Shown: positions 25,357-35,247 of the stretch, one piece after another
Layout: each line of letters begins with the position of its first letter
Numbering within the stretch: position 1 is the first letter of the stretch
From: an uncultured Mesonia sp.
GTDB taxonomy: Bacteria; Bacteroidota; Bacteroidia; Flavobacteriales; Flavobacteriaceae
Direction: 5' to 3'
Assembly: GCA_947494545.1 (NCBI GenBank)
Contig: CANLVH010000004.1
Location: 181,281-245,280, forward strand
DNA: 64,000 nucleotides
Position numbers and translations under genes: made by a program
The notes under the pieces: model-generated
Told to the model about the DNA's origin: nothing
Databases searched by the model: none
What the model saw: only the letters and a program-made list of their open reading frames with translations

Positions 25357-27321
25357 ATGAAGATATTAAATTTAGGATTAGGCTTATTAACAGTCGCAGC
25401 CATGTTCAGCTGCAGGTCCGATGACAACGGAAATAAAAGCCAAGGGGCTTTATCTTCCAACAACGCAGAGAAAGTTTACGTTGCTCCCGGAGAGCACGAT
25501 GAGTATTATGCATTTGTATCTGGTGGTTATAGCGGTAACTTAACCGTTTACGGATTACCATCAGGTAGAATGTTTAAAGAAATTCCGGTTTTTAGCCAGT
25601 TCCCAACTTCCGGTTACGGCTACTCTGAAGAAACCAAACCAATGTTAAATACTTCGCACGGATTTATTCCTTGGGGAGATTCTCACCACCCGGATATTTC
25701 GCAAACAGAAGGAGTAACAGACGGGCGTTGGATTTTTATTAACGAAAACAACACTCCTCGTATTGCTAGAATAGATTTAGAAACGTTTGAAACTACCGAG
25801 ATTATTGAAGTTCCTAATAGTGCCGGTAACCACAGTTCTTCTTTTGTTACAGAAAATACAGAGTATGTAGTAGCAGGAACGCGTTTTTCTGTTCCGGTAC
25901 CACAAGAAGACATTAGTATTAAAGAATATAAAGGTAAATTTAAAGGCGCTTTGTCTTTTATTAGTGTAGATCCTGAAAATGGTGGCATGGATATAAAATT
26001 CCAATTAATGATGCCAGGTTTTAACTATGATTTATCACACCCCGGTCGTGGGCAATCACACGGTTGGTTCTTCTTTACTACCTATAATACAGAAGAAGCA
26101 AATACTTTATTAGAAGTTAACGCTTCGCAAAACGATAAAGATTTTATTGCAGCAGTAAACTGGAAGAAAATTGAAGAATATGTAAATAACGGCGGTGGTA
26201 AAATGATGCCGGCCAAATATGCACATAACGTGTATGATCATGATACGCACGTAGGTACTTCTACTATGAAAGAAGAAGTGCGAGTAATAAACCCTTCAGA
26301 TGTTCCCGGAGCTGTATTCTTATTGCCAACTCCAAAATCTCCTCACGGTTGTGATGTATCACCTGATGGGCAGTATATTGTGGGTAATGGTAAATTATCT
26401 GCAAACTTAACTGTACACTCTTTCCCTAAAATGTTAGAAGCTATTGAAAACGAAAAATTTGATGGCGATGCTTACGGAATTCCAATTTTAAGTTTTGAAG
26501 ACGTATTAGCAGGACAAGTAGAGCAAGCAGGTTTAGGACCACTACACACAGAATTTGACGATAAAGGAAATGCTTATACCACGTTCTTTATCTCTTCTGA
26601 AGTTGTAAAATGGAAATTAGATACTTGGGAAGTTGTAGACAGAAAACCAACTTACTATTCTGTTGGTCACCTTACCATTCCTGGAGGTAACTCAAGAGAA
26701 CCAGATGGTAAATATATGTTCGCAATGAATAAAATTACCAAAGACCGTTATTTACCAACAGGTCCTGAGTTAGAGCACTCTGCGCAGTTATACGATATCT
26801 CTGGAGAGAAAATGGAACTTATTTTAGATTTCCCTACGCATGGAGAACCGCACTACGCAGCAGCAATCAAAGCAGACAAAGTAGCGCCAAACTCTAAAAA
26901 ATTCTATAAACTGGCAGATAACAAGCACCCGCACGCCGCTAAAAGTGAAGCAGATACAAAAGTGGTTCGTGATGGTAAAGAGGTACACGTTTACTTAACA
27001 ACTATACGTAGCCACTTCTCACCAGACAATATAGAAGGTATAAAAGTAGGCGATAAAGTTTACTTCCACATTACCAACTTAGAGCAAGATTTTGATGTAC
27101 CACACGGTTTTGCAGTAATAGGTCAAAACAACTCAGAGCTTTTAATTATGCCCGGGCAAACCAAAACAACAGTTTGGGAGCCTAAACAAGTTGGCGTGTG
27201 GCCGTTTTACTGTACAGACTTCTGTTCTGCACTTCACCAAGAAATGCAAGGCTACATTCGCGTTTCACCAGAAGATTCTGATATAGAATTAGACTGGTCT
27301 CTTGGCGAAGACGTAGAGTAA
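25357..27321 (+). CDS. nosZ: Clade II (Sec-dependent) nitrous-oxide reductase
   Basis: CuZ His motifs (DSHHP, GNH, PHGCD, GPLHT, EPH); CuA site DVPHG...FYCTDFCSALHQEM; no twin-Arg; lipobox-like MFSC. Confidence 0.96.
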   Translation: MKILNLGLGLLTVAAMFSCRSDDNGNKSQGALSSNNAEKVYVAPGEHDEYYAFVSGGYSGNLTVYGLPSGRMFKEIPVFSQFPTSGYGYSEETKPMLNTSHGFIPWGDSHHPDISQTEGVTDGRWIFINENNTPRIARIDLETFETTEIIEVPNSAGNHSSSFVTENTEYVVAGTRFSVPVPQEDISIKEYKGKFKGALSFISVDPENGGMDIKFQLMMPGFNYDLSHPGRGQSHGWFFFTTYNTEEANTLLEVNASQNDKDFIAAVNWKKIEEYVNNGGGKMMPAKYAHNVYDHDTHVGTSTMKEEVRVINPSDVPGAVFLLPTPKSPHGCDVSPDGQYIVGNGKLSANLTVHSFPKMLEAIENEKFDGDAYGIPILSFEDVLAGQVEQAGLGPLHTEFDDKGNAYTTFFISSEVVKWKLDTWEVVDRKPTYYSVGHLTIPGGNSREPDGKYMFAMNKITKDRYLPTGPELEHSAQLYDISGEKMELILDFPTHGEPHYAAAIKADKVAPNSKKFYKLADNKHPHAAKSEADTKVVRDGKEVHVYLTTIRSHFSPDNIEGIKVGDKVYFHITNLEQDFDVPHGFAVIGQNNSELLIMPGQTKTTVWEPKQVGVWPFYCTDFCSALHQEMQGYIRVSPEDSDIELDWSLGEDVE

Positions 27322-27352
27322 TAATACATTGTTGATTAATTGATTTTTTCAG

Positions 27353-27393
27353 AAAAGCGGGGATGGTTGGAGTTTCAAGCCTCTCCGCTTTTT
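27353..27393 (+). terminator. Hairpin plus U-tract between nosZ and accessory genes
   Basis: AAAAGCGGGGATGGTTG...CAAGCCTCTCCGCTTTTT. Confidence 0.6.
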
Positions 27394-27412
27394 AACTTCA
27401 AAATATTTTAAA

Positions 27413-28018
27413 ATGAAAGCAGCAAGCGCTATAATGATAATTGGCTCTGCCTTGTTATTAAGCCTGTTTATCTATCCGTTATGGACGGTAGAATTAGAAG
27501 CACCGCAATATCCGGACGGCTTAGGAATGTATATTCATTTAGATGGCTTACAAGGCTTTACGGAATACGATTTAAATAATATAGATGGTCTAAACCACTA
27601 TATTGGTATGCAAAAATTACCTAAACCTACAGATATGTGGGAGTTTCAAACTTTTCCTATAGTTGTAGGAATAATGGCAGGCTTAGGAATATTAATAGGT
27701 CTTTTAGGGTTTTTTAAAGTAGTAACCTATAAATGGTTTTTAGGTTGGCTAATTTTAATGACAGTTTTAGGAGTTGCCGGTATGTACGATTTTAATGCCT
27801 GGTTGGTAGATTATGGTACCAATTTAGATCCAAAAGCTATTATAAAAGTGGTAGATAAAGAAGGAAACCCCTTTAGTTATAAACCACCACTATTAGGCTC
27901 GAGAGATATTCTTAATTTTACAGCAGTTTCTTATCCGGCTTTAGGCGGTATTTTGCTAACTGTAGGAATGTTCTTAACTTTCGTAGCTTATTTAGTAGGA
28001 TTAAAAAGAGCAAAATAA
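27413..28018 (+). CDS. nosB: Clade II nos membrane protein (NosB-like)
   Basis: PLW.VELEAPQYPDGLGMYI, INGLNHYIGM-like motif, about 4 TM; directly after a clade II nosZ. Confidence 0.65.
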   Translation: MKAASAIMIIGSALLLSLFIYPLWTVELEAPQYPDGLGMYIHLDGLQGFTEYDLNNIDGLNHYIGMQKLPKPTDMWEFQTFPIVVGIMAGLGILIGLLGFFKVVTYKWFLGWLILMTVLGVAGMYDFNAWLVDYGTNLDPKAIIKVVDKEGNPFSYKPPLLGSRDILNFTAVSYPALGGILLTVGMFLTFVAYLVGLKRAK

Positions 28019-28453
28019 ATGAAGAAATTAGGTATTTTATCTTTTCTGATGGTATTGCTAATGAGTTGTAGTAAAGAAAAACAACCCATTACATACGGAG
28101 AAGACAGTTGCGATTTTTGTAAAATGACTATTGTGGATAAAATTCACGGTGCCGAAATTGTAACAGATAAAGGTAAAGTGTACAAATTTGACGCTACAGA
28201 ATGTATGATAGATTTTGAGCAAGAAATGAGCAAAGAAAAGGTTGGTCAATTTTATACCAATCACTACCATAATCCGGGTGAGTTAATCTTAGCCAACAAA
28301 GCAAGTTTTTTGATTTCTAAAAACATACCAAGCCCCATGGGTGGCTTTATTACCGCTTTTGCCAGCCAAGAAAAGGCAGCAGAAGTACAAGCCGAAAAAG
28401 AGGGTGAAATTTACACATGGCAAGAACTCAAAAATCACCAAAACAAGAAATGA
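28019..28453 (+). CDS. nosL: NosL copper chaperone lipoprotein
   Basis: LMSC lipobox, CDFCKMTI, KFDATEC, SPMGG. Confidence 0.9.
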   Translation: MKKLGILSFLMVLLMSCSKEKQPITYGEDSCDFCKMTIVDKIHGAEIVTDKGKVYKFDATECMIDFEQEMSKEKVGQFYTNHYHNPGELILANKASFLISKNIPSPMGGFITAFASQEKAAEVQAEKEGEIYTWQELKNHQNKK

Positions 28454-28477
28454 CGTCTTTTAAAGTCGCTAGAAATT

Positions 28478-29722
28478 ATGCCCCTTCGTCTATATAGTTT
28501 ACTTCTCTTTAGTTTTTTTATTTGCAGTATTTTTATGTCGGCAAACGCACAGGTAGAAGTTTGTAATACCTGTGCTTTTACCAGCATAAAAGCAGGAATA
28601 AAAGCCGCCCAGCCCGGTGATACGGTTTTGGTTAAAAAAGGCGTTTATAAAGAAAATTCTATAATTATAGACAAAGCCATAAGTTTGGTAGGAGAAAACT
28701 TACCTACAATAGACGGCGAAGATAAAGGCGATATAATTCAGGTTTTTGCAGATAACGTGCTTATAGACGGTTTTAAACTGGTAAATGTAGGCTCTAGTTA
28801 TACAGAAGATTTTGCAGCTATCCGCGTAAGCAAAGCAAAAGATTTTACTATTCAGAATTTAGAATTGCGTAAAATTTTCTTCGGAATTTATCTGGAGAAA
28901 TCTACAGATGGTATTGTACGCAATAATAACATCTTGGGCGATGCAGTTTCTGAGCACAATTCCGGAAACGGTATACAACTTTGGTATTCCAAAAGAATAA
29001 ATATTACCAACAATAACATAAAACATGTGCGCGATGGTATTTATTTAGAATTTGCAGACGATTGTACTATTTCACATAATATAAGCAAAAATAATTTGCG
29101 CTATGGTCTGCATTTTATGTTTTCTAATGATGACATTTACCACGATAATGTTTTTGAAAACAATGGCGCAGGCGTAGCGGTTATGTTTTCTAAACGCATA
29201 AAAATGATGCGCAATAAATTTCAGTACAATTGGGGAATGGCAGCTTACGGTTTGTTACTCAAAGAAATAAACGATGCAGAGATTTACGACAATCTTTTTG
29301 AAGAAAACACCACCGGCATAAATATAGAAGGCTCTAACCGGATAAATTATAAGGGAAACACTTTTAAAAATAACGGTTGGGCTGTAAAAGTACGCGGGGC
29401 TTGTTATAATAATAAGTTTATAAACAACAATTTTCTATACAACTCTTTTGATGTTAGTTATAACAGCCGTATAAACGACAATAGGTTTTATCAGAATTTT
29501 TGGAGCGAATATACCGGCTACGATTTAGATAAAAACGGTTATGGAGACGTGCCTTACCGGCCGGTAAAACTCTTTAGTTATATTGTTAATAGAACGCCGG
29601 AAACAATTATTTTAATGCGTAGTCTTTTTGTAGATATAATAGATTTTTCAGAAAAAGTTTCGCCGGTTTTCACCCCGGATAATTTAGTAGACGAAGCACC
29701 ACTAATGAAAAAGCACCAATGA
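28478..29722 (+). CDS. nosD: NosD periplasmic maturation protein (beta-helix)
   Basis: GNGIQLWYS, RDGIYLE, LRYGLHFMFS, NFWSEYTGYDLDKNGYGDVPYRP. Confidence 0.93.
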   Translation: MPLRLYSLLLFSFFICSIFMSANAQVEVCNTCAFTSIKAGIKAAQPGDTVLVKKGVYKENSIIIDKAISLVGENLPTIDGEDKGDIIQVFADNVLIDGFKLVNVGSSYTEDFAAIRVSKAKDFTIQNLELRKIFFGIYLEKSTDGIVRNNNILGDAVSEHNSGNGIQLWYSKRINITNNNIKHVRDGIYLEFADDCTISHNISKNNLRYGLHFMFSNDDIYHDNVFENNGAGVAVMFSKRIKMMRNKFQYNWGMAAYGLLLKEINDAEIYDNLFEENTTGINIEGSNRINYKGNTFKNNGWAVKVRGACYNNKFINNNFLYNSFDVSYNSRINDNRFYQNFWSEYTGYDLDKNGYGDVPYRPVKLFSYIVNRTPETIILMRSLFVDIIDFSEKVSPVFTPDNLVDEAPLMKKHQ

Positions 29723-30426
29723 TAAAAATAGAGAACATTCATAAAAAATTTGGTAAAAATAAGGTACTGAAGGGGGTAGATTTAGAAATTCCCGAAAACG
29801 GTATTTTTGCCATCTTAGGCCCAAACGGCTCAGGTAAAACCACTTTAATAAAATCTATTTTAGGAATGGTGGTGCCGGACCAAGGCAAGATTTTTATAGA
29901 TGGTAAACAAACCCATTCTAACGGCCTTTATAGAAAAAACATAGACTATTTACCACAAATTGCTAATTTTCCCGGCAATCTTGGTGTGAGTGAGCTTATA
30001 AAAATGATTAAAGATTTACGTGGTGTAAATGCAGATTCTGATCATTTAATAAAGTTGTTTCAATTAGAACCTTTTTTAGATAAAAAACTAAATAACCTTT
30101 CCGGGGGTACCAAACAGAAAGTAAATATTGTATTAACCTTTATGTTTGACAGTAAGCTGGTAATTTTAGATGAGCCTACTACAGGTCTAGATCCTGTGGC
30201 TTTGCTGCATTTAAAAGAGCTTATAGAACAAGAAAAAAAGAAAGGAAAAACAATTTTGGTTACCTCGCATATTATGAGTTTTGTAGAAGAAATTTCTGAC
30301 GAAATTGTATTTATCCTAGAAGGTAAAATATACTTCAAAGGAAATTTAAGTCAGTTGCGGGAAAAAACCGGACAAGAAGATTTTGAACGCGCTATTGCTC
30401 ATCTTTTAAAGAAAAATCATGCTTAA
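29719..30426 (+). CDS. nosF: NosF ABC transporter ATPase
   Basis: GPNGSGKT Walker A, LSGG, ILDEPTTGLDP. Confidence 0.9.
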   Translation: MIKIENIHKKFGKNKVLKGVDLEIPENGIFAILGPNGSGKTTLIKSILGMVVPDQGKIFIDGKQTHSNGLYRKNIDYLPQIANFPGNLGVSELIKMIKDLRGVNADSDHLIKLFQLEPFLDKKLNNLSGGTKQKVNIVLTFMFDSKLVILDEPTTGLDPVALLHLKELIEQEKKKGKTILVTSHIMSFVEEISDEIVFILEGKIYFKGNLSQLREKTGQEDFERAIAHLLKKNHA

Positions 30427-31201
30427 AATATTAAAATATAGTTTTTTCGATTTAATACGTAGTAGATGGAGTTATGTGTATCTTTTATTCTACTTATTGT
30501 TGGGTTTTGTACTGCTTTTTTTAAACCAAGATTTGTCTAAAGCGGTAATTACATTAATGAATGTAATTATAATTTTAGTACCCCTTATCGGAACCATTTT
30601 TGGTGTTATGTATTATTATAACTCCAAAGAATTTACAGAATTATTGCTGGCACAACCCGTAAAGCGCTCCTCAATTTTTGTTGGGCAATACCTGGGCGTC
30701 TCTTTGTCTTTGGTCATGAGTTTGGTTTTAGGTCTCGGATTGCCGTTTGTGTTTTACGGGTTATTTCAGTCTGCTGCTATTTGGGATTTTAGTCTGCTGT
30801 TAATTACCGGCGCATTACTTACTTTTATTTTTACGGCTTTAGCGTTTAACATAGCGCTGTATAACGAGAATAAAATTAAAGGGTTTAGTTATGCTATTTT
30901 GTTATGGCTGTTTTTGGCCGTGGTTTACGATGGTTTGTTTTTAATGTCTCTAATAGTTTTTGAAACCTATCCGCTAGACAAGTTTACTTTATTTGCTACC
31001 ATATTTAACCCAATAGATTTATCTAGGATTTTAATTTTGCTTAAATTAGACATCGCAGCTTTACTTGGGTATACTGGAGCAATTTTTCAAAAATTCTTTG
31101 GCACCAATTGGGGCTTGTTTTTAGCTTTAGGAACCTTATGTTTGTGGGTAGTTTTACCCGTGCTAAACATCCGCCGAAAGGCTAAAACGAAAGATTTTTA
31201 A
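30419..31201 (+). CDS. nosY: NosY ABC permease
   Basis: Multi-TM; ELLLAQPVKRS, FNPIDLSRI; follows nosF. Confidence 0.88.
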   Translation: MLKILKYSFFDLIRSRWSYVYLLFYLLLGFVLLFLNQDLSKAVITLMNVIIILVPLIGTIFGVMYYYNSKEFTELLLAQPVKRSSIFVGQYLGVSLSLVMSLVLGLGLPFVFYGLFQSAAIWDFSLLLITGALLTFIFTALAFNIALYNENKIKGFSYAILLWLFLAVVYDGLFLMSLIVFETYPLDKFTLFATIFNPIDLSRILILLKLDIAALLGYTGAIFQKFFGTNWGLFLALGTLCLWVVLPVLNIRRKAKTKDF

Positions 31202-31212
31202 AACAAGAAACT

Positions 31213-32445
31213 TTGCTTAGTTTACAAAAACAATTGCGTATTGCCTTAAGTCTGTTTTTTATAGCAGTTTTGGCAGGTTTGTTTCTACGTTTTTTATTTG
31301 TGGCAGATTTAGAGGTTGTTTTTAAATATGTGGTGCACGCACACTCGCATGTGGCTTTGCTGGGTTGGGTTTATACCGCGTTAATTCTGCTTGTTTATAA
31401 ACTTATTCTAAAAAAGTTTGTCCCGCCAAAAGTTTATAAACGCATATTTTATTTCACGCTTTTTACCGTTATCGGGATGCTGTTTAGTTTTCCTTTTCAA
31501 GGATATGCTGCAGTTTCTATAACGTTTTCTACCTTATTTTTGTTTGCCAGTTATGCTTTTTATTGGGCATATTTAAAATATATTCCTAAAGAAGATAGAC
31601 AAACCCCCGCTTTGAAATGTATTAATTATGCGCTGTTTTATATGGTTGTTTCCAGCCTTGGTCCTTGGGCAGTTGGGGGCGTAATGGCTACGTTAGGGCC
31701 AAACTCAGATTGGTATAGGGTTGCTATTTATTTTTATTTACATTTACAATACAACGCTTGGATGATTCTGGCTTTAGTGGGCGTTTTTTTATACATTATT
31801 GAGCAACGCGGTGTTTATTTTTCCAAAAGAAATTTTAGCCGCTTTATACTAAGTTTTCACGTTTCTATTGTCTTAACTTTCTTTCTGTCGGTTTTATTTT
31901 TATATCCGCCCACCGTAGTTTATGTTTTAGCTGTAAGCGGAGGCGTGGTACAGTTTATGGCGTTTGGTTATCTGTATAAATTTCTTAAAAAACGACGATT
32001 TTTATTTGCAAGACGTTTCTCTAAATTGCAACAACAAATGCTAAGCTGGCTTTTTGTTTTGCTTATAGGAAAATTGATTTTCCAATTTATAGGAGCTTTC
32101 CCACAAGCCGCAGATTTTGCTACGGTTTATAAAAACCTAACCATCGGATTTTTACATTGGGTGTTTTTGGGCTTGGTAAGTATAGGTTTGTTTTTTTTAC
32201 TGAATTATTACCGCTTGTTACGTCTAAGTTTTTTACAATTTAGATTATACATATTAGCTTTTGTCTTGACGGAAATACTTATTTTCTTTTCGCCGTTTTC
32301 TAAAATTACCGGCTTTCCGTTTCCCGATAGTTATTATTGGTGGGTATTTTTGGCCAGTTTGTTTTTTGTATTGGTAATAGGTAGTATTTTTTTAAGCAAC
32401 CTTTCCAATAAAAAAAGACCGCCAAAAGGCAGCCTTTCTAAGTGA
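31213..32445 (+). CDS. Uncharacterised polytopic membrane protein with His motifs (NnrS/heme-copper-oxidase-like fold suspected)
   Basis: About 12 hydrophobic segments; HAHSHVALLGW, YLHLQYNAW, FLHWVFLG; TTG start. Confidence 0.7.
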   Translation: MLSLQKQLRIALSLFFIAVLAGLFLRFLFVADLEVVFKYVVHAHSHVALLGWVYTALILLVYKLILKKFVPPKVYKRIFYFTLFTVIGMLFSFPFQGYAAVSITFSTLFLFASYAFYWAYLKYIPKEDRQTPALKCINYALFYMVVSSLGPWAVGGVMATLGPNSDWYRVAIYFYLHLQYNAWMILALVGVFLYIIEQRGVYFSKRNFSRFILSFHVSIVLTFFLSVLFLYPPTVVYVLAVSGGVVQFMAFGYLYKFLKKRRFLFARRFSKLQQQMLSWLFVLLIGKLIFQFIGAFPQAADFATVYKNLTIGFLHWVFLGLVSIGLFFLLNYYRLLRLSFLQFRLYILAFVLTEILIFFSPFSKITGFPFPDSYYWWVFLASLFFVLVIGSIFLSNLSNKKRPPKGSLSK

Positions 32446-32450
32446 ATTTT

Positions 32451-32987
32451 TTATTCTTGTCCCGGCGGGTATTTCTTTAAAACTTCTTCTACAATTTCTT
32501 GTATACGTTCAATTTTGGTGTCCATATCCATAGATAGCGCTCCGGTTCCCATACCTTGCCAAACCAGTTCCATTGTTTTGGCGTCTATCAAATCTATATA
32601 AAGCGTTCCTTCTGTGGTTCTGGAAACGGTGTTATAACCGCGTCCCCAGTAATAAGGATGAAACGCATAACCATAGCCATAAGCATAGTTATTTTGATAA
32701 ATATTTACGTTTTCTTGGGTTTTTGTAAAAATGCTTACCAACAAATCGGGCTCTTGTTTTTTAGTAAAGCCTTTTGCGGTAAGTTCTTTTTCAATAGCGC
32801 GTAAAATACGTTTTTTGTCTAAATCTGAAACTTCAGCTTTATCTATTCCCGGCTTATAAAAAGCAAAGCTATTATACTTAGCAAAATTGGTTTGCCGGTC
32901 ATAATCTGTAGCTACCTGTACAGAACTACAAGAAGCTACAAAAGCTGCGAGTAGTAAAAAAACAGGTATTTTTATTAATTTTTTCAT
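32451..32987 (-). CDS. DUF4136 family lipoprotein
   Basis: VASC lipobox; DYD..TNF..Y.SFAF...EGTLYIDLIDA...LVWQG. Confidence 0.85.
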   Translation of the reverse strand: MKKLIKIPVFLLLAAFVASCSSVQVATDYDRQTNFAKYNSFAFYKPGIDKAEVSDLDKKRILRAIEKELTAKGFTKKQEPDLLVSIFTKTQENVNIYQNNYAYGYGYAFHPYYWGRGYNTVSRTTEGTLYIDLIDAKTMELVWQGMGTGALSMDMDTKIERIQEIVEEVLKKYPPGQE

Positions 32988-33001
32988 GGTGTTTTTGTTT
33001 T

Positions 33002-34987
33002 TTATAACGAATTAAACAAAGCGTCGTCCACTTGGTTGGGAAGCGTAACTTTTAAATTTGGTTCTTGTTGCATTGCACGTTTAATAGCAAAAACCGCTCC
33101 TTCATTTCGTGCCCAAGAACGTCGGGAAATCCCATTATTAACGTCCCAGAAAAGCATTGATTGTAAGCGCTTTGTAGCCTCTTTAGAACCATCAAGAATC
33201 ATACCGAAGCCACCATTAACTACTTCTCCCCAGCCAACGCCGCCGCCGTTATGAATACTAACCCAAGTTGCTCCTCTAAAGCTGTCGCCTATTACATTTT
33301 GTATGGCCATATCTGCGGTAAATTTACTGCCGTCATAAATATTAGAAGTTTCGCGGTATGGAGAATCGGTGCCGGAAACATCGTGATGATCGCGACCTAA
33401 AATCACTTCGCCTATTTCGCCTTTTTCTATGGCATCGTTAAAAGCTTGGGCAATTTTCACCCTTCCTTCCGCGTCAGCGTAAAGAATTCTAGCTTGCGAA
33501 CCAACAACCAGTTTATTTTCTTGTGCGCCTTTTATCCAAGTAATATTATCCTGCATTTGCTGTTGAATTTCTTCCGGGGCATTTTGTTTCATCTCCTCTA
33601 AAATTGTGGTTGCAATTTTATCGGTTTTTAATAAATCTTCTTTTTTACCCGAGGCGCAAACCCATCTAAAAGGTCCAAAACCGTAATCAAAGCACATTGG
33701 TCCCATAATGTCTTGCACGTAACTTGGGTATTTAAAGCTTTTGTTGTCTTGACTCATAATATCGGCGCCGGCGCGAGAAGCTTCTAAAAGAAAGGCATTT
33801 CCGTAATCAAAAAAGTAAGTGCCTTTTGCGGTATGTTTATTAATAGCGTCGGCTTGGCGCTTTAAACTGCGTTGTACTTCTTTTTTAAACTGCTCCGGAT
33901 TTTCTGCCATCATTTTATTGGCTTCTTCATAACTCAAACCAACCGGATAGTAACCACCGGCCCACGGATTGTGCAAAGAGGTTTGGTCACTGCCAATATC
34001 TATTTTTAAGTTTTCTTCATCAAATTTTTCCCAAACTTCTACAATATTTCCATCGTAAGCAATAGAAACACTTTCGTTGTTTTCTTTGGCTTTTTTTACA
34101 CGTTGGGTGAGTTGGTCTAAATCGCTAATTACCTCTTTTACCCAACCTTGTTCGTGACGGGTTTTGGTAGCTTTTTTATTTACTTCGGCGCAAACCGTTA
34201 TGCAACCTGCAATGTCACCGGCTTTGGGTTGCGCGCCGCTCATTCCGCCTAAACCAGAAGTTACAAACAAGCCACCATTGGTTGGTTTTTTAATTTTTCT
34301 AAAAGCGTTAAGAACAGTAATTGTAGTGCCGTGTACAATACCTTGCGGACCAATATACATATAACTTCCAGCAGTCATTTGTCCGTATTGGGTAACGCCA
34401 AGGGCGTTGAATTTTTCCCAATCGTCTTGCGAAGAATAATTAGGAATCATCATTCCGTTTGTAACCACAACGCGCGGCGCATCTTTATGGGAAGGAAATA
34501 ATCCCATTGGGTGCCCGCTGTACATAGCCAAAGTTTGCTCGTCTGTCATTTCTGCCAAATACTGCATTGTTAACCGGTATTGTGCCCAATTTTGAAAAAC
34601 AGCTCCGTTGCCTCCATAAGTAATCAGTTCGTGCGGATGTTGCGCCACGGCATGATCTAGATTATTCTGAATCATAAGCATTATGGCTTTTGCTTGCGTA
34701 CTTTTCCCCGGATAATCGTTTATATCGCGCGCATAGATTTCGTAATCCGGTCTAAATCTATACATGTAAATTCGGCCATATTTTTCTAATTCTTCTTTAA
34801 ATTCCGGTAATAAAGTAGCGTGGTGTTTCGCATCAAAATAACGCAAGGCATTTTGAAGTGCCAATTTTTTCTCATCGGCGTCCAAAATATCTTTTCGTTT
34901 TGGGGCGTGGTTTATCTCGGAATCGTATTTTTTTGGTTGCGGAAGTTCTTCCGGAATACCTTGTATTATTTCTTCTTTAAAAGTCAT
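33002..34987 (-). CDS. hutU: Urocanate hydratase
   Basis: PHELITYGGNG, GQMTAGSYMYIGPQGIVHGT, SDQTSLHNP, GRDHHDVSGTDSP, HNGGGVGWG. Confidence 0.96.
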   Translation of the reverse strand: MTFKEEIIQGIPEELPQPKKYDSEINHAPKRKDILDADEKKLALQNALRYFDAKHHATLLPEFKEELEKYGRIYMYRFRPDYEIYARDINDYPGKSTQAKAIMLMIQNNLDHAVAQHPHELITYGGNGAVFQNWAQYRLTMQYLAEMTDEQTLAMYSGHPMGLFPSHKDAPRVVVTNGMMIPNYSSQDDWEKFNALGVTQYGQMTAGSYMYIGPQGIVHGTTITVLNAFRKIKKPTNGGLFVTSGLGGMSGAQPKAGDIAGCITVCAEVNKKATKTRHEQGWVKEVISDLDQLTQRVKKAKENNESVSIAYDGNIVEVWEKFDEENLKIDIGSDQTSLHNPWAGGYYPVGLSYEEANKMMAENPEQFKKEVQRSLKRQADAINKHTAKGTYFFDYGNAFLLEASRAGADIMSQDNKSFKYPSYVQDIMGPMCFDYGFGPFRWVCASGKKEDLLKTDKIATTILEEMKQNAPEEIQQQMQDNITWIKGAQENKLVVGSQARILYADAEGRVKIAQAFNDAIEKGEIGEVILGRDHHDVSGTDSPYRETSNIYDGSKFTADMAIQNVIGDSFRGATWVSIHNGGGVGWGEVVNGGFGMILDGSKEATKRLQSMLFWDVNNGISRRSWARNEGAVFAIKRAMQQEPNLKVTLPNQVDDALFNSL

Positions 34988-35013
34988 TTTTTTAATTTTT
35001 CGGTTCATTTATT

Positions 35014-35091
35014 TACTACTACTTACTACCCACTGCTAACTGTTAACTGCTAACCGTCAAGTGCTACCTAAAACCCAACACCTAAAACCTA
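35014..35091. repeat. Degenerate heptamer tract (AACTGCT-type then ACCTAAA-type units)
   Basis: cactgct aactgtt aactgct aaccgtc aagtgct acctaaa acccaac acctaaa accta from 35031. Confidence 0.8.
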
Positions 35092-35247
35092 ATCCTTATT
35101 TCTATCAAAACCATACGGGCAATGTCTACAACCACTTTTACAGCAATAGCCGCGTTTTAGATGGTATTGTTCCGTAAAGCATCTGTAACCTTGCGGAGTT
35201 AAGTAATAATCGCCTTCTTCTAGCGGAATACGTTTCTTTAAATTCAT
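35089..35247 (-). CDS. Small Cys-rich protein (DUF5522-like), 52 aa, missing from the ORF track
   Basis: Manual translation MNLKKRIPLEEGDYYLTPQGYRCFTEQYHLKRGYCCKSGCRHCPYGFDRNKD*. Confidence 0.85.
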   Translation of the reverse strand: MNLKKRIPLEEGDYYLTPQGYRCFTEQYHLKRGYCCKSGCRHCPYGFDRNKD

